64,000 bases of DNA from Mobula hypostoma (lineage: Eukaryota), in contig NC_086097.1 of NCBI RefSeq assembly GCF_963921235.1, forward strand, positions 188,296,001 to 188,360,000. The letters run 5' to 3'. Of the stretch, positions 13,589 through 28,647 are shown in pieces. Position numbers and translations under genes: made by a program. Each line of letters begins with the position of its first letter. Position 1 is the stretch's first letter. Under the pieces are notes generated by a model. That model was given only the letters and a program-made list of their open reading frames with translations. It did not search any database and was not told where the DNA came from.

Positions 13589-16500
13589 AAACATAGAAAC
13601 ATAGAAAACCTACAGCAAAATACAGGCCCTTCGGCCCACAAAGCTGTGTCGAACATGTCCTTACATTAGAAATTACCTAGGGTTACCCAGAGCCCTCATC
13701 TTTCTGAGCTCCATGCACCTGTCCAGGAGCCTCTTAAAAGACCCTATCGTATCCACCTCCACCACTGTTGTTAGCAGCCCATTCTACGCACTCACCACTC
13801 TCTGTTTAAAATACTTACCCCTGACATCTCTCTGTATCTCCTTCCAAACACCTTAAAACAGTGCCCTCTCATGCTAGCCATTCCAGCCCTGGGAGAAAGC
13901 CTCTGACCATGCACACGATCAATGCCTCTCATCAACTAAAACACCTCTATCAGGTCACCTCTCATCCTCTGTCGCTCCAAGGAAAAAAGGCCGAGTTCAC
14001 CAAACCTATTCTCATAAGGCATGCTCCCCAATCCAGGCAATAGTTTTGTAAATCTCCTCTGCACCCTTTCTATGGTTTCCACTTCCCTCCTATAGTGAGG
14101 CGACCAGAACTGAGCACTGTACTCCAAGTGGGGTCTGACCAGAGTCCTATATAGCTGCAACATTACCTCTCAGCTCTTAAACTCAATCCCACGACTGATG
14201 AAGGCCAATGCACCGTATGCTTTCTTAACCACAGAGTCAACCTGCGTAGCAGCTTTGAGTGTCCTATGGACTTGGACCCCAAGATCCCTCTGATCCTCCA
14301 CACTGCTGAAAGTCTTATCATTAATACTATCTTCTGCCATCACATTTGACCTGCCAAAATGAACCACCTCACACTTATCTGGGTTGAACTCCATCTGTCA
14401 CTTCTCAACCCAGTTTTGCATCCTATCAATGTCCCGCTGTAACCTCTGACAGCCCTCCACACTATCCACAACACCTCCAACCTTTGTGTCATCAGCAAAC
14501 TTACTAACCCATCCCCACACTTCTTCATCCAGGTCATTTATAAAAATCACGAAGAGTAGGGGTCCTAGGACAGATCCCTGAGGCACACCACTGGTCACCG
14601 ACCTCCATGCATAATATGACCCATCTACTACCACTCTTTGCTTTCTGTGGGCAATCCAGTTCTGGATCCACAAAGCAATGTCCCACTGGAACCCATGCCT
14701 CCTTAGTTTCTCAATAAGCCTTGCATGGGCTACCTTGTCAAATGCCTTGCTGAAATCCATATCCACTACATCTACTGCTCTACCTTCATCAATGTGTTTA
14801 GCCACATCCTCAAAAAACTCAATAAGGCTCATAAGGCATGACCTGCCTATCACAAAGCCATGCTGACTATTCCTAATCATATTATGCTTCTCCAAATGTT
14901 CATAAATCCTGCCTCTCAGGATCTTCTCCATCAACTTACTAACCACTGAAGTAAGACTCACTGATCTATAATTTCCTGGGCTATCTCTACTCCCTTTCTT
15001 GAATAATGGAACAACATCCACAACCCTCCAATCTTCCGGAACCTCTCCCATCCCCACTGATGATGCAAAAATCATCGCCAGAGGCTCAACAATCTCCTCC
15101 CTCACCTCCCACAGTAGCCGAGGGTACATCTCGTCCAGTCCTGGTGACTTATCCAACTTGATGCTTTCCAAAAGCTCCCGCACATCTACTTTCTTAATAT
15201 CTACATGCTCAAGCTTTTCAGTCCGCTGTAAGTCATCCCTACAATCGCCAAGATCCTTTTCCATAGTGAATACTGAAGCAAAGTACTCATTAAGTATCTC
15301 TACTATCTCCTCCGGTTCCATACACACTTTTCCACTGTCACACTTGATTGGTTCTACTCTCTCACATCTTATCCTGTTGCTCTTCACATACTCGTAGAAT
15401 GCCTTGGGGTTTTCCTTAATCCTGTCCACCAAGGCCTTCTCATGGCCCCTTCTGTCTCTCCTAATTTCTTTCTTAAGCTCCTTCCTGCTAACCTTATAAT
15501 CTTCTAGAGCTCTATCATTACCTAGTTTTTTGAACCTTTCATAAGCTCTTCTTTTCTAGACTAGATTTACAACAGCCTTTGTGCACCATGGTTCCTGTAC
15601 CCTACCATCCTTTCCCTGTCTCATTGGAACGAAACTATGCAGAACACCACGCAAATATCCACTGAACATTTGCCACATTTCTTCCGTACATTTCCCTGAG
15701 AACATCTGTTCCCAATTTATTCTTCCAAACTCCTGTCTGATAGCCTCATATTTACCTTTACTCCATATAAACGCTTTCCTAAGTTGTCTGTTCCTATCCC
15801 TCTCCAATGTGATCACTATCTCCAAAATGCTCTCCCACTGAGAGATCTGACAACTGACCAGGTTCATTTCCCAATACCAGATCAAGTACAGCCTCTCCTC
15901 TTGTAGGCTTATCTACATATTGTGTCAGGAAACCTTCCTGAACACACCTAACAAACTTCACCCCATTTAAACCCCTCGCTCTAGCAACATGCCAATAGAT
16001 ATTTGGCAAATTAAAATCTCCCACCACAACAACCTTGTTATTATTACACCTTTCCAGAATCTGTCTCCCAATCTGCTCCCCGATGTCCCTGTTACTCTTA
16101 GGTGGTCTATAAAAAACACCCAGTAGAGTTATTGACCCCTTCCTGTTCCTAACTTCCACCCACAGAGAATCTGTAGACAATCCCTCCATGTCTTCTTCCT
16201 TTTCTGCAGCCATGACACTATCTGTGATCAGCAGTGCCACGCCCCCACCTCTTTTGCCTCCCTCCTTGTCCTTTCTGAAACATCTAAAGCCTGGCACTCG
16301 AAGTAACTATTTCTGCCCCTGAGCCATCCAAGTCTCTGTAATGGCCACAACGTCATAGCTCCAAGTACTGATCCACACTCTAAGCTCATCTGCTTTGTTC
16401 ATAATACTCCTTGCATTAAAATAGACACATCTCAAACCATCAGTCTAAGCGCGTCCCTTCTCTATCACCTACCTATGCTCCCTCTCGCATTGTCTCCAAG

Positions 16501-17400
16501 CTTTCTCTATTTGTGAGCCAACTGCCTCTTCCTCCGTCTCTTCAATTCGGTTCCCACCCTCCAGCAATTCTAGTTTAAACTCTCCCCTATAGCCTTAACA
16601 TACCTCCGCGCCAGGAGATTGGTCCCCCCTGTATTCAAGTGCAACCCGTCTTTTTTGTACAGGTCACACCTGCCCCAAAAGAGGTCCCAATGATCCAGAA
16701 ATCTGAATCCAATGCCCCCTGCTCCAATCCTTCAGCCATGCATTTATCCTCCACCGCACTCTGTTCCTATACTCACTGTCACGTGGCACAGGCAATAATC
16801 CCGAAATGACGACCTTCGTGGTCCTGCTTCTCAGCTTCCTTCCTAACTCCCTGCAGTCTGCTTTCAGGACCTCTTCCCTTTTTCTGCCAATGTCGTTGGT
16901 ATCAATATGTACCATGACCTCTGGCTGTTCTCCTTCCCACTTCAGGATATCGTGGATGCGATCAGAAACATCCTGGACCCTGGCACCTGGGAGGCAAACT
17001 ACCATCTGTGCTTCTTTTTTGCATCCACAGAATCTCCTGTCTGACCCCCTAACTATAGAGTCCCCTATCACTGCCGCCATCCTCTTCCATTCCCTACCCT
17101 TCTGAGCCACAGGGCTAGGCTCTGTGCCTGAGGCACGACCACAGTTGCTTTGCTCAGGTAGGCTGTCCCCCGCCCCCCCCCCCTTCAAACAGTACTCAAG
17201 CAGGAGTACATATTGTCAAGGGGGACAGCCACAGGGGTGCTCTCTAGCCTCTGACTCCTGTCCTTCCCTCTTCTGACTGTTACCCACTTACCTGTCTCCC
17301 CAGGCCCCGGTGTGACTACCTGCCTATAGCTCCTATCTATCACATTGTGCCCCGATCAAACCGCTGAAGAAATTACCATCTCCTTTTAAACTCTTCTCAC
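13589..17400 (-). mobile_element. Near-full-length degenerate CR1 LINE (ORF1 esterase plus ORF2 APE-RT)
   Basis: (tttctatg)n tail at about 13590; RT fragments 13936-15432 (FADD); endonuclease 15794-16297; ORF1 with the GDS motif 16664-17188. Confidence 0.95.
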
Positions 17401-17419
17401 TTTTAAACTCTTCATTGAT

Positions 17420-18030
17420 CCAGAACTATACAAGCAGTTTCGGTACAATCTATGGAAGGCTATGTTAAGAGCAAAAAAAAATCTGTTTGTGGGTAGAGAT
17501 GGAATAGGATGCATGTCAGCTCTGGCAGGTGTTGCAGGACATTATTTCTTACAATGTGGAACCTAACATCATAAATTGATGTGATGCTTCACTCTCACAG
17601 ATGAGCTCAATGCTTATTATGCACGCTTTGAAAGTGAGAAGAAAACTGTACCTGTGTGAATCCCCGTATCGTCTGGTGACACTGTGATCTCTGTCTCAGA
17701 GGCCGATGTCAGAACATCTTTCAGGAGAGTGGACCCTCACAAGGCATCAGACTCTGATAGGGCTCTGAAACCCTGTGTCAACCAACAGGTTGTAGTGTTC
17801 AAGGACATCTTCAATCTCTCAGTGCTGCAGTTGGAGGTTCACACTACTTCAAAAGGGCGACAATCATACCAGTGCCTAAGAAGAGTAGGGTGAGCTGCCC
17901 CAATAAGTATCATCCAGTGGCGCTCACATCTACTGTGAAAAAGTGCTTTGACAGGTTGGTTATGTTCGGAATCAACTCCTGCCTAAGCAAGGTCCTGGAC
18001 CTGCTGCAATTTGCCTATCACTACAATAGG
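17420..18030 (+). mobile_element. Rex1/Babar-type LINE, 5' part (continues at 19141)
   Basis: ISVSEADVRTSFRRV..KA and LQFAY motifs; interrupted by an antisense copy. Confidence 0.75.
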
Positions 18031-19138
18031 TCAGAATCATAATGGTTTAATATCACCACCATATGTCATGAAATTTGTTGATTTTGTAGCAGTACTACAA
18101 TGCAATATACATAAAATAGTTAAATAGCTAAATTAAATAAGTAGTGCAAAATAGGAATAAAAAGGTAGTAAGTTAGTATTCAAGGGTTCAATGTCCATTC
18201 AGAAATCAGATGGCAGAGGGGAAGAAACTGTTCCCGAATCATTGAATGTGTGCTTTCACATTGTGTACCTCCTTCCTGATGGTAGCAATGTGAAGAAGGA
18301 ATGACCTGGGCATTAGGAGTCCTTAATGATGGACGCAGTCTTTCTGAGTCATCGCTTCTTGATATCCTGGATACTATGGAGGCTGGTCCTCATGATGGAG
18401 CTGACGAAGTTTACAACTCTTTGCAGCTTATTTCAACCCTGTGTAGTGGGTTCCCCCATACCAGACAGTGATGTAGTCAGTTAGAATGCTCTCCATGGTA
18501 CATCTGTAGAAGTTTTCAAGTGTATTTGTTGACATGCCAAATCTTTTCAAAGTCCTAATGAAATATAACTGCTGTCATGCCTTCTTTATAGCTGCATTGA
18601 CATGTTGGGTCCAGGCTAGATCCTCAGAGATAATGATACCCAGGAACTTGAAATTGCTCACTCTTTCCACTTCTGATCCCTTTATGAGGACTGGTATGTG
18701 TTCCCTTGTCTTAACCTTTCTGAAGTACACGATCAGTTCTTTGGTCTTACTGAAGTTGAGTGCGAGGTTGTTGCTGGGACACCACTCAACTAGCTGATAT
18801 ACTTCACTCCTGTACGCCCTCTTGTCATCATCTGAAATTCCGCCAATAGTGGTTGCATCGTCAACAAATTTATAGATGGCATTTGAGTTGTGCCTAACCT
18901 TACAGTCATGGGTGTAGAGAGAGTAGAGCAGTGGGCTAAGCACACATCCCAGAGATGCACTGGTGTTGATTGTCAGTGAGGTGGAGATGTTATTTCCGGT
19001 CTGCAGAGATTGTGGTCTACGGGTTCGGAAGTCAAGGACCCAGTTGCAGAGAGAGGTACAGAGGCCCAGGTTTAATCAGAACTGTGCGAATGATTGTGTT
19101 AAATGCTGAGCTCTAGTTAATAAGCATCATCCTGACAT
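18031..19138 (-). mobile_element. Rex1/Babar-type LINE 3' fragment nested in another copy
   Basis: [32 protein letters not shown] and FKFLG motifs; tail faces left. Confidence 0.85.
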
Positions 19139-19140
19139 AA

Positions 19141-19752
19141 CGGGTGGAATCTCAGTAGTTCTCCACTCGGCCTTGAGTCACTAGGACAATAGCAATACCC
19201 AAGTTAGGCTGCTTTTTGTTGATTACAGCTCAGTGTTCAACACAATCTAATCAACACGTTCCAAAAGCTGTACCTCTCTATCTCCTTCTGAAACTGGATC
19301 CTTGACTTCCTCACTGGTCGGCATCTGGTATGGAATGGCGAGTGCACAGGATCAGAAAAAGCTGAAGAAAGTTGTAAACTCAGCCAGCTTCATCATGGGC
19401 ACTGTCCTCCCAGGCATCGAGAACACTTTCAAAAGGCAATGCCTCAAAAATGTGACATCCTTCATTCAGGCCCTCCATCTACCAGGATATGCCCTCTTCC
19501 CATTGTTACCATCAAGGAGAAGGTATAGGAGCCTGAAGGCACACTCTCAGCATTTTACAAACAGCTTCTTCCCCTCTGCCATTCGATTTCTGAATGGATA
19601 ATGAATCCATGAACACTACCTCATTACTTTTTCCTCTCCTTTTGCACTACTTGTTGAATTTATTTCTTTGTATTGCAATGTACTGCTGCAAAACAACAAA
19701 TTACAGGACATTTTACTGTGATATTAAACCTGATTCTAATTCTGATTCTGAC
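19141..19752 (+). mobile_element. Rex1/Babar-type LINE, 3' part
   Basis: Continues the 17420-18030 copy; HLPGYALF..LPS.RRYRS and FFPSAIR motifs; (ctgatt)n tail. Confidence 0.8.
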
Positions 19753-22669
19753 ATTTGGAATATTGTCCTGTGCAGTCAGTAATGATGCCCTTCACTATAT
19801 TCTGGCTCTGACATCAAATTTGTATCCATGAATGTATAAAACAGTACCCTTCAGAAGCATGTGGCCGTGTTTTATGAAGTTAAAAATCAATCACGCACTC
19901 ATTGCCATTCTTCTTATTGGCAGACAAATCTACACCTTTGCTTTAATTTAAGCCAGTGCTTCATAGGATGGCAGCATTGGCCTTATTGGATCATAGTGGA
20001 GAAGAATCAGTGCATTCTGCTTGGCTAGAACCAGCACAGTTTTATGCCTTAGAACTTATAGATGAGAGCAAATTGAACTTATTCCCTTCTGGAGTGTAAC
20101 TTGCAAAGATAATATATTCCATTGTTCCCACAGAACCTCAATCACACTATTAAAATATACAGTATCAATTGTGGCTAATATCAATTGACTTACAGTGATA
20201 GTGGTACCCTCACTTACCTTGGCCATTGGGCACTGCTCGACATAAGAACTTCCTTTTTACATTGTGGCACCATGACTAACCAGTAAAGCCTCAGAATTCT
20301 CATGAAAGGCAGCCAAAGCTTACTCATGAAAGTAGCAGCTTAGTTCCCGTTACCATTTAGCATAACCATTAGATTCAATTGATCCAAGTGCACACTCATA
20401 CAATCAATTTATTACAAGGAATCACAAACAAGAGAGCATCTGCAGATGCTGGAAATCATGAAGAAAAGAAGTGAGTGGCTACTTTTTCTTTATTATTGTT
20501 ATTGCATGTAGTCCACCACATACAACATGATGCTATTCTCAATATCAAACAAAAGAAGACCTGCAGATGCTGGAAATCTAAGCAAAAGACACAAACTAGC
20601 AGCTTGTGTGTGTTGCTGTTCTCAATATATTCACTATCTATATAACTCACAGGTTCCTAGTGCCTTGAGGCTACCACTAGGTCTAGAACAACATATAGGA
20701 GGAAGGGAATGGTGGTAAATTAGCACCAGTGTAGCAATGGTGACAAAGACAACCCTTAACAACGTAAAGTTCACTTAGTTCCCACCCGGAGAAGGGTCTC
20801 AGAACCATTGCTCTTCCACTGTCCCAACACTGACATAAAGCAATCCTGTAAACAATCCACTGCATGTCCCCTAAATGCACAGAACATAATCACATATTTC
20901 CAGCTTGTTATCAAAGATTAATGACACTTCCAACATTCATCTTGATTAAAATCAGGGTTAATGTATTCAGGTTTAACTCTAATATCACCTTCTAAATTAA
21001 CTCATTCATTTTACTGGAAGCTGAAAAGCAATGTGTGATGTGGAAATATTTAATGAGTAATGATCAGACTGTTGATTACTCAGAAGAAGCTTTGAAAATT
21101 GTAACCACAGGAGAGCCTTTCTCCACACATATAAAACTGCACTTACCTTTAATTTCCTCACTTCCCACCATGACCCTAGTATATAATCCTAGGATTTGCA
21201 CAATATTTTGCTTTTTCCATCAGAGTCAGATGCAGCCCTTCATCCGCTCATGGTTTATAATTGTCATTGATTAAATTTGTAAATACCAGTAAAATATTGA
21301 GAGGACATGATTAATTACAAGTTTAATTCGGTTATGATAAGGCTTTCGGGAACAAGCAAAATCTATTCAATTTTTGCTCATACAATACGTTATAACTCTT
21401 GGAAATAGAGGTAATGTCTGGGTTTTTGTGCCTCTGGAAACATGGAGTCCATGCTGTTATTTAGGGAATAACTGAAAAGAAAGAGATGATTGGTTACAAT
21501 AATGGATGTCTAGCTAATTCTACATATACCTGTAAATCAAATCATACTCTGTCAATTGTCACTGGAAAAAAGAATGCTAACTCTTAAAGGAATTTTTACT
21601 GAAAATAATACTGATTGTATGAAATATGTAGAGTTCCATTTAGACACAATGTAATCTATTTAATTTTATCATTGAATTTCAGTTAACTTTTCATGTAATT
21701 TTGACATAGAAAGGGAAATAACAGTTTTTATTTGGAGGTAGAATAGATGGATAGCAAGAGAATACAACCAATAACAGACAGGAAAATACTTTATTATATG
21801 TTATCTTTCCAACCATTTCCAGACAACTCGTTCTTGAAAATTACAATAGATTTTCCTCAACCCCACCACATACTTCTCGAATAATCATAATGATCACTTA
21901 ACATTCAACAAATTCAATTTATATTTTACCTTAAGAGCCTAGAAAAATAAGTCAAGTTCTTTCACATTTTCATTGCAAGTCAGATGAAATCAACAGTGAA
22001 TCAGAAAAAGGCAAAATTAGTGTTGACTTGGTTGTTAAGGAAGAGGGGGAGGTAAACAGTAGAATATATTTAAAGTGGGTCACATGAGACAAAGTATTGG
22101 GTGCAAGGTGATTTTACAATCAAAGTGGTAGTGCTCTGTAACTACCCAGTCAAACTTCTTTATGCCATTTGTCCTCAAAGTGTAATTAAGTTAAAAGGTT
22201 ATCATTCAAAATTTTGGATATAAGCCCCAGATCTTTCCCCTCGCAGATGCTGCTCGACCTATTGTACTCCTCCAGCAGACAGTCTGTTGTTCCAGGTTCT
22301 AGCATTTGCAGTCTCTTGTCTCCCTATTAATTGTGCCAGTGACAGTGGTCTTATTCTCTTACCAGGAAGCATCTGGTCAGGGCAGTACAGATGAGGTGAA
22401 CGCAGATGACTTCCAGATGTTAACTTGCACATCTGAATATTATCCATCCATCTACCTCAACTCCTACTTCAGCAACTTCCATTCAGAGAGAAAGTTGTCC
22501 TTTAAGTGGGAATTATTCTAATAGCTTCAAAATAATGTGTGGTTTGTCCGTGAAAAAGTGAAAAAGAACTGTACTCTAAAATTGACTAGGACTAGATTAA
22601 GTAAACTCATACAGGCCACATTCAAGTTATCTGAGCTATAATTATCCCCTTCACCTCCCATGTTATTAC

Positions 22670-25600
22670 TTCAAGATTCAAGATTGATTAATGTCACTTT
22701 CAGTATACAACTGTAAAGAAGAATAAAATAATTATTATTCCAGATCCAATACAGAACAAAATAAGATAAAGAACACAATAATAAATATACATACATAAGA
22801 TAGCTTATATACATAAATTGATTGTGTGTCCATACAGTGACACTTGGCACAGGCGTGTATGAACATAAAGTGAGTCTGAAAGGAAATGATAAAGTGGTGG
22901 TGGTGGGGGGTGTGGATGGGTGGGTTCATGGGTGGAGGTGTTGATCGACACTGCTTGGGGGAAGTAGTTGTTTTTGAGTCTGTTGGTCCTGGAGTGGATG
23001 CAAAAGAGCCTCGTCCCTGATGAGAGTGGGACAAACAATCCATGAGCAAGGTGAGTAGGATCCTTCGTGATGTTACTTGCCCTTTTCTGTCACCTATCTG
23101 TATACATGCCCCCTAATAGGGGTAAGATGATGTTGGTGATGCATTGGACAGTTTTCTCTACCCATTGTGGAGCCTTACTGCCTGCCACAGTGTGGTCTCC
23201 GTACCATGCAGTAATGCAGCATGTTAGGATGCTCTCTATCGAGCACCTCTAGAAGGACATGAGTAAAAATATGCACTGTCCAGCTCTCTACAGCCTCCTC
23301 AGAAAATAAAGGCATTGATGAGCTTTCCTGATTGTCTAGGATGTGTTCTTGGACCATGAGAGGTTATGCAAAATGTGCACTCCCAGGAGTTTGAAACTAC
23401 TTGCAGTTTCCACTGCCTCCAATGTAAAGAGGGGTGTGAGCGGTGTGAGTTGTTCTGAAGTCAATAACCATCTTCTTTGTCTTGTTGATATTGAAGAAGA
23501 GGTTATTTGCCTGGAATCAGGCCTTGAGCTCTTCCACCTCCTCTGTGTAGGCCATCTCATCATTGTTGGAGATGAATCTTGTCACTGTTGTGTCATCGGC
23601 GAACTTGGCGATGTGATTACTCGGATTCATGTGTGAGCAGAGTGTTACAGTAGTGGGCTCAGCACACAGCCATGTTGAGGATGATGGGGAGGGAGGAGCA
23701 GTTGTGCACCCTGACAACGGAGGTCTGTTGGTTGGGAAATCCAACGCCCAGTTGCACAGCGGTGTATTTAGACCAAGAAGTAGCAGCTTGTTCACCAAAA
23801 TCTGTGGGACAATAGTGTACAGTGCCAAACTGAAAACGAGAAACAGCATTCTGACATCAGTGTCCTTGTTTTCCAGGTGTATCAGGACCAGGAGCATGGC
23901 AGATGCTATGGCATCTGTCATAAATCAGTTCTGTTGGTAAGCATATTGGTGAGTGTCGAATGTTGCAGGCATGGTGTTTTTGATATGTCCCATTACCAGC
24001 CGTTCAAAGCACTTCATGATGATTAGCATCAGTGCCACCGGGCAGTAGTTGTTTAGTTCTGAAGGTGTAGAGTTGTTTGGTACAGGGGTGATGGTGGCTG
24101 ATTTGAAGCATGTGGGGACAGCAGCCTGAATGAATGAAGTGTTGAAGATGTCCATAAAGACATTAGTGAGCTGGTGTGCACACTTCCTGAGAACTCAGCC
24201 TGGGGTATTGTCTGGTTCGGCTACTTCACAGGGGTTGATCCTTTGCAGAGTCCTTCTCATGGTCTGCTGCTTTTACAGATGGTGACTACTCACCTGGGAG
24301 GAGGTGTGGGGGTTGATTTTGTGGCTGGTGTTGTTTTGCATGCCTCAAAGTGTGCAATAAAGTAGTTTAGAGCTTCAGGGAGGGAGCCATCGCTGTTTTT
24401 CCTTGCGTAATCACTAATGCTCTTAATGTCCAGTCATTTACGCCAGGGGTTATTATTGGATAGGTGTTCCTGAGTATTTAGGTGATCTATGCCATCTTAA
24501 TGGCTAAGATGAAGTTTCTCTTAGCTTCTCCAAGAGCTGTTCTGTTACCAGACTTGAAGGCAGCGTCCCGGGCTTTTAGTAGGGAGCATACCTTTGTGTT
24601 CAGCCAGGACTTCTCATTGGGCCATGAGATAACTACTCTTGAGATACCAACATTGTATCACATGTCTTACACATGTAGCCAGTAACAGGTGAGACATGTT
24701 CCTTGAGGTCTCTGTCTTCTCCATTTGCGGTGGTTTCCTTGATTATCTGCCAGTTAGTCTGTTCGAAATGATCCTGACGCATAGAGGTTGCCTCATTAGC
24801 CCATACAATGATGGTCCGCTTGACTGGCTTCTCCATTTCCAGCAGCGTTTGGCATGCTGGGATTAACATTATGTGATGTGGTCTTAGAGGTCAAGATGAG
24901 GGCACAGGATGGCCTTGTAAGTACTGCGTCTGTTCGTCCTAGTGGCTGTCGTGATGTTTTGGTGGAATTTGGGTAAAATGTCCTGCAGGTTAACATGATT
25001 GAAATCTCCTGTAATTAGCAAGAAACCATCTGGATGCTTGTTTTGTAGAGAGCTGATGGTACTGTAAAGCTCTCCCTGTGTGTCCTTAGCATTCACGCAA
25101 GGGGGTTGTACAATCCTGAGCTGGTAATGTGGCCAGTATTTAATTGTAAGCTGTTCAATTGCCACAGAAAAGTGACTGCTAACTAAAGATGAGTTTGTGC
25201 ATGAACCTTTGTTTACGTACAAACAGGATCCACCTCCTTTGGATTTCCCCATCAGGGTGTCTCTGTCTGTGTGGAACAGAGTCATTTTGTCATGTTGAAA
25301 CGCCAAGTCAGCCATATTGTGGTTTAGCCACTTTTAAGTGAAAAACAGAATGCAGCAGTTTCTCATCTCTTTTTGTGCATTCATTCTCAGGCACAGTGAG
25401 TCCATTTTATTTTCTAGCAAACGAACATAGGCCAGAAACAGTGATGGTACTATTGGCCTGGTCAGGTTAGCTCTCAGCATAGCTAGTGCTCCGGCTCTGT
25501 TGCCAAATTTCTGCTTCTTCTCGCACCACTGCCCACCTCTGCTACTCCCTCGGCTGAACCACCTAGGCCAAGTCATTGTCACCAAGTCTGGTGTCTGTAG

Positions 25601-25790
25601 AATGCCTAATCCATTGAACACCACTATTAACTCTGCTGCTGGTAGATTTAAAGTAATTTTGTCTAAGAGTTCCATAATGTTATATTTGTAGTGCTTTGGT
25701 TGACTGAAACTTTGAAACACTATCTAAGAATTTAAAACAAGCAGCATTATTGGGAACTGGAGAAGTCGCTGTGTCTCTGCATGGCACCAC
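22670..25790 (-). mobile_element. Near-full-length degenerate Rex1/Babar LINE (APE plus RT)
   Basis: GKSKGGG and ITGDFNH endonuclease motifs; VPTCFK.ATI.PVP, MKCFERLV, KFADDT; (ttgaatc)n tail at about 22670. Confidence 0.85.
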
Positions 25791-25914
25791 TTTATTCATT
25801 GTAATCCATTGTAGCAAACCACCTGATTATGCTAGTTATTTCCTGTGCTTTGTTTTTGTATTGCAGATCAATTTCTTTCATCTCTATCATGAGTGAGAAC
25901 TGATGACAGAGGCC

Positions 25915-26300
25915 AAAGAATGTAAAGTTGAGCTTATCCTCATGCACAAGTACACTTATGCTCAGATACAATGAAATACTTGCAGCAGCATCACAGCACA
26001 TAGCGTCTTATAAGCAGCGTTCAAAAGAGGAAAATAAATAAAACATAAATATACACAAGTTTTACAAAAAAGCACGAATAAGCTCTATTTTAGTGGAAGG
26101 TGATCAAAGTGGTCTTGTGTTGCTAAACTGCAGTGAATAGACATTTTCTGATTGATTCAAGAACTTAATGGTTAAAGGGAAGTAACTGTTCTTGAACCTG
26201 GTGGTATAGGACCTCAGGCTCTGTACTTCCTGCCTCAAGGAATCTGCAAATATTTGATGACAGATGTTGTCTTCTTGTATCAACATGTCATGTAGATACT
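25915..26300 (-). mobile_element. Rex1/Babar-type LINE 3' fragment
   Basis: SLRSYTTRFKNSYFPLTIKFLN C-terminal motif. Confidence 0.6.
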
Positions 26301-26656
26301 ACCAATATGCTCAGGATATATTGGATGTAGATTGATTGTGACTGATTGCATGTACAGTGATGACTGTCAATACACTGGTATGCATTATAATAGTGAGACA
26401 ACTAGCTACCATTCTGTAATTTATTTACCTGGATCCCCAACTAGAGGAATAACAAAACCATGACATGATGATAACGCAGAGAATTTAGGTTAAGAAAAAT
26501 TTAGAACAATCTATAATGAACATTTGTTTTAAACACTTGCTTCAGATCATTACATTTGATTTTTCTAATGAAATTAATAATTTATTTTACTGAATGAAAA
26601 TGTAGAGGTGGTGAATGAAGCACAATCTGTGATTGACCAAGTTCACTTTTGTGCAG

Positions 26657-26803
26657 TCTTCTAGCTGCTGGTGGAGGCAATCGACGCACTGCCAACGTGG
26701 TTGCCAGTGGATTCACAAACTTATTCATTTTAGACAAAATAACACTGCATGAAATTCTGGTGTATTATCCAGATTCTCAGAAGATTCTTAAAAAAAAGGC
26801 CAA
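26657..26803 (+). CDS. CNGB3: CNGB3 coding exon (147 nt): (S)[48 protein letters not shown](K)
   Basis: gtgcag| acceptor and |gtaagt donor; phase 2/2; RRTANV phosphate-binding cassette. Confidence 0.95.
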
Positions 26804-28647
26804 GTAAGTAAAAACAACTTTTAATTATGTGTTTAAAATATGACATCATGAGAACAAATCGCCCACATTTAAATTTAAGCATCATGTTATCAGTTTAATT
26901 CTGAAGTCCCTTCACGGTACTTGATAATACAATTCATCTTTCCACTTCCCAATTTCAATGCCAAGTTTAGAAAGAAGCCAAAAAACACAAATTCCTTCAA
27001 ATCTACAAAACCCATCACCCAATAGATTTGGTTTGTGGCCGTGCTGTAAGTAATTACACAAGTTGAACATAACCTCGTGCCTTATTGATTTACTGCTGTC
27101 ATCTTGTTGCATTTTAACCTTTACTGTTCAATATTGTTAATGTTGTTCATTTTGCTATGTCAAAGGTTTAAATTAATAGCTATTTAGCAATCTTTAAAAC
27201 TGGGAAAAATTGATAAGCATGGAAGCTTTAGATTTTAGGTTTCATAGATAAAGTTATAGAATACAAAAAGGAAGAAGTAACATTTTCCTACTGTCAGTTA
27301 TTATTTGGGTCGCCTTTTGAACAAAGGTTAAAAATATTAAAGATTAAATGTAAAAATATTTTAATTTAGGTAGGAACTTATCAAAATGCATTTTAAATTA
27401 TGTAAAATCTATACTGATATATTCCCAACTAAATGCAGGACAAACTTGAAAATAATTGCGACTGTGGTGTATACAATGGACAAAATTGTAGAAAAATAAC
27501 TCTTAATTGTGTTATTTAAGTTCAGGAGAGAAGGGGGTTAAATATCACAAGAAAGCCAGAATGGAGGTTAGAGACCCTGGATGTAATCAAGAGGAAAACC
27601 AGAGAACCTAGGAGCAAGAAAGTTGGTAACTTTCCAAAACATGGGGTCAATGTCTTAGACAATCTGGTCCATTGTGGTAGAGTTGTATAATATTACAATG
27701 TATACATTTTACACATTAAAATTATTTAAGTTACCCAAAATGTGTTTACAGCTTTATCAAATTAGATCAGGTAATAATGGAGCCTTTAAAGTAATTAATT
27801 ATTAGTCTTGCCTTTTATTGTTTCAATTATGGATCAAGGCTTTCAGCCAAATTTTCTTACATGAAAATCATTTTATTTTGTAACTTAGAAAATCATATTT
27901 GCAAATTATCTTAGCCACCTTCAAGTGCACCAATGCTCTTTAGAGTACTGTATTCAAAAAGAGGGACAGGAACTCCAGCAAATTCTCTGGGCTTACAAGT
28001 ATGAGTGGGGCAAGCAAGAAGAGAGGAATATTTTAGCCAATTAGTGTCGTTAAGTAATTTTGTCGTTCAATGAATCATGACTCTCTATTGGCTAACTCCC
28101 ACTTCCTAAATATATTAATTAACAAAATTATAATTAAACAATTAATAGATCATCACTTGAAGAATAAATCATATGGATATCAACCTTTACACTATAGAAG
28201 TGTTTTCTGATGCACTCCCGAAAAGTTTGGCTCTAATTTTTAGGCTGAGTCTTCTATCTTTGTACTTTCCAATCAGTTGAAATCTAAATACAGTACTGTT
28301 TTCTGGAGATAATTTTTATATGTGGAGTCATACAGCATAGAAACAGTCTCACAATTTCCATGTTAACTCAATCATGTACCTTTCAGTGCTAATCCCATTT
28401 TCCACGACTTAACCTGTGGCATTCTGTACCATGGCACATCCGGTGTTTATCCAACTATGTCTTGAAAATTGTGAGAGCAGCTACCTCCACCACCCCAGAT
28501 TTCAGATTTCATTCACTTCTAAGTGAAGATAACTGAACTCCCTCTAACTCTCCTATCATTTACCTTAACTTATGTTACCTAGTCATGGACTCACTGCTAA
28601 AGGGAAATGTTTCTTACTGTCTGCCCTATCTACGTTCCATATTTTAT

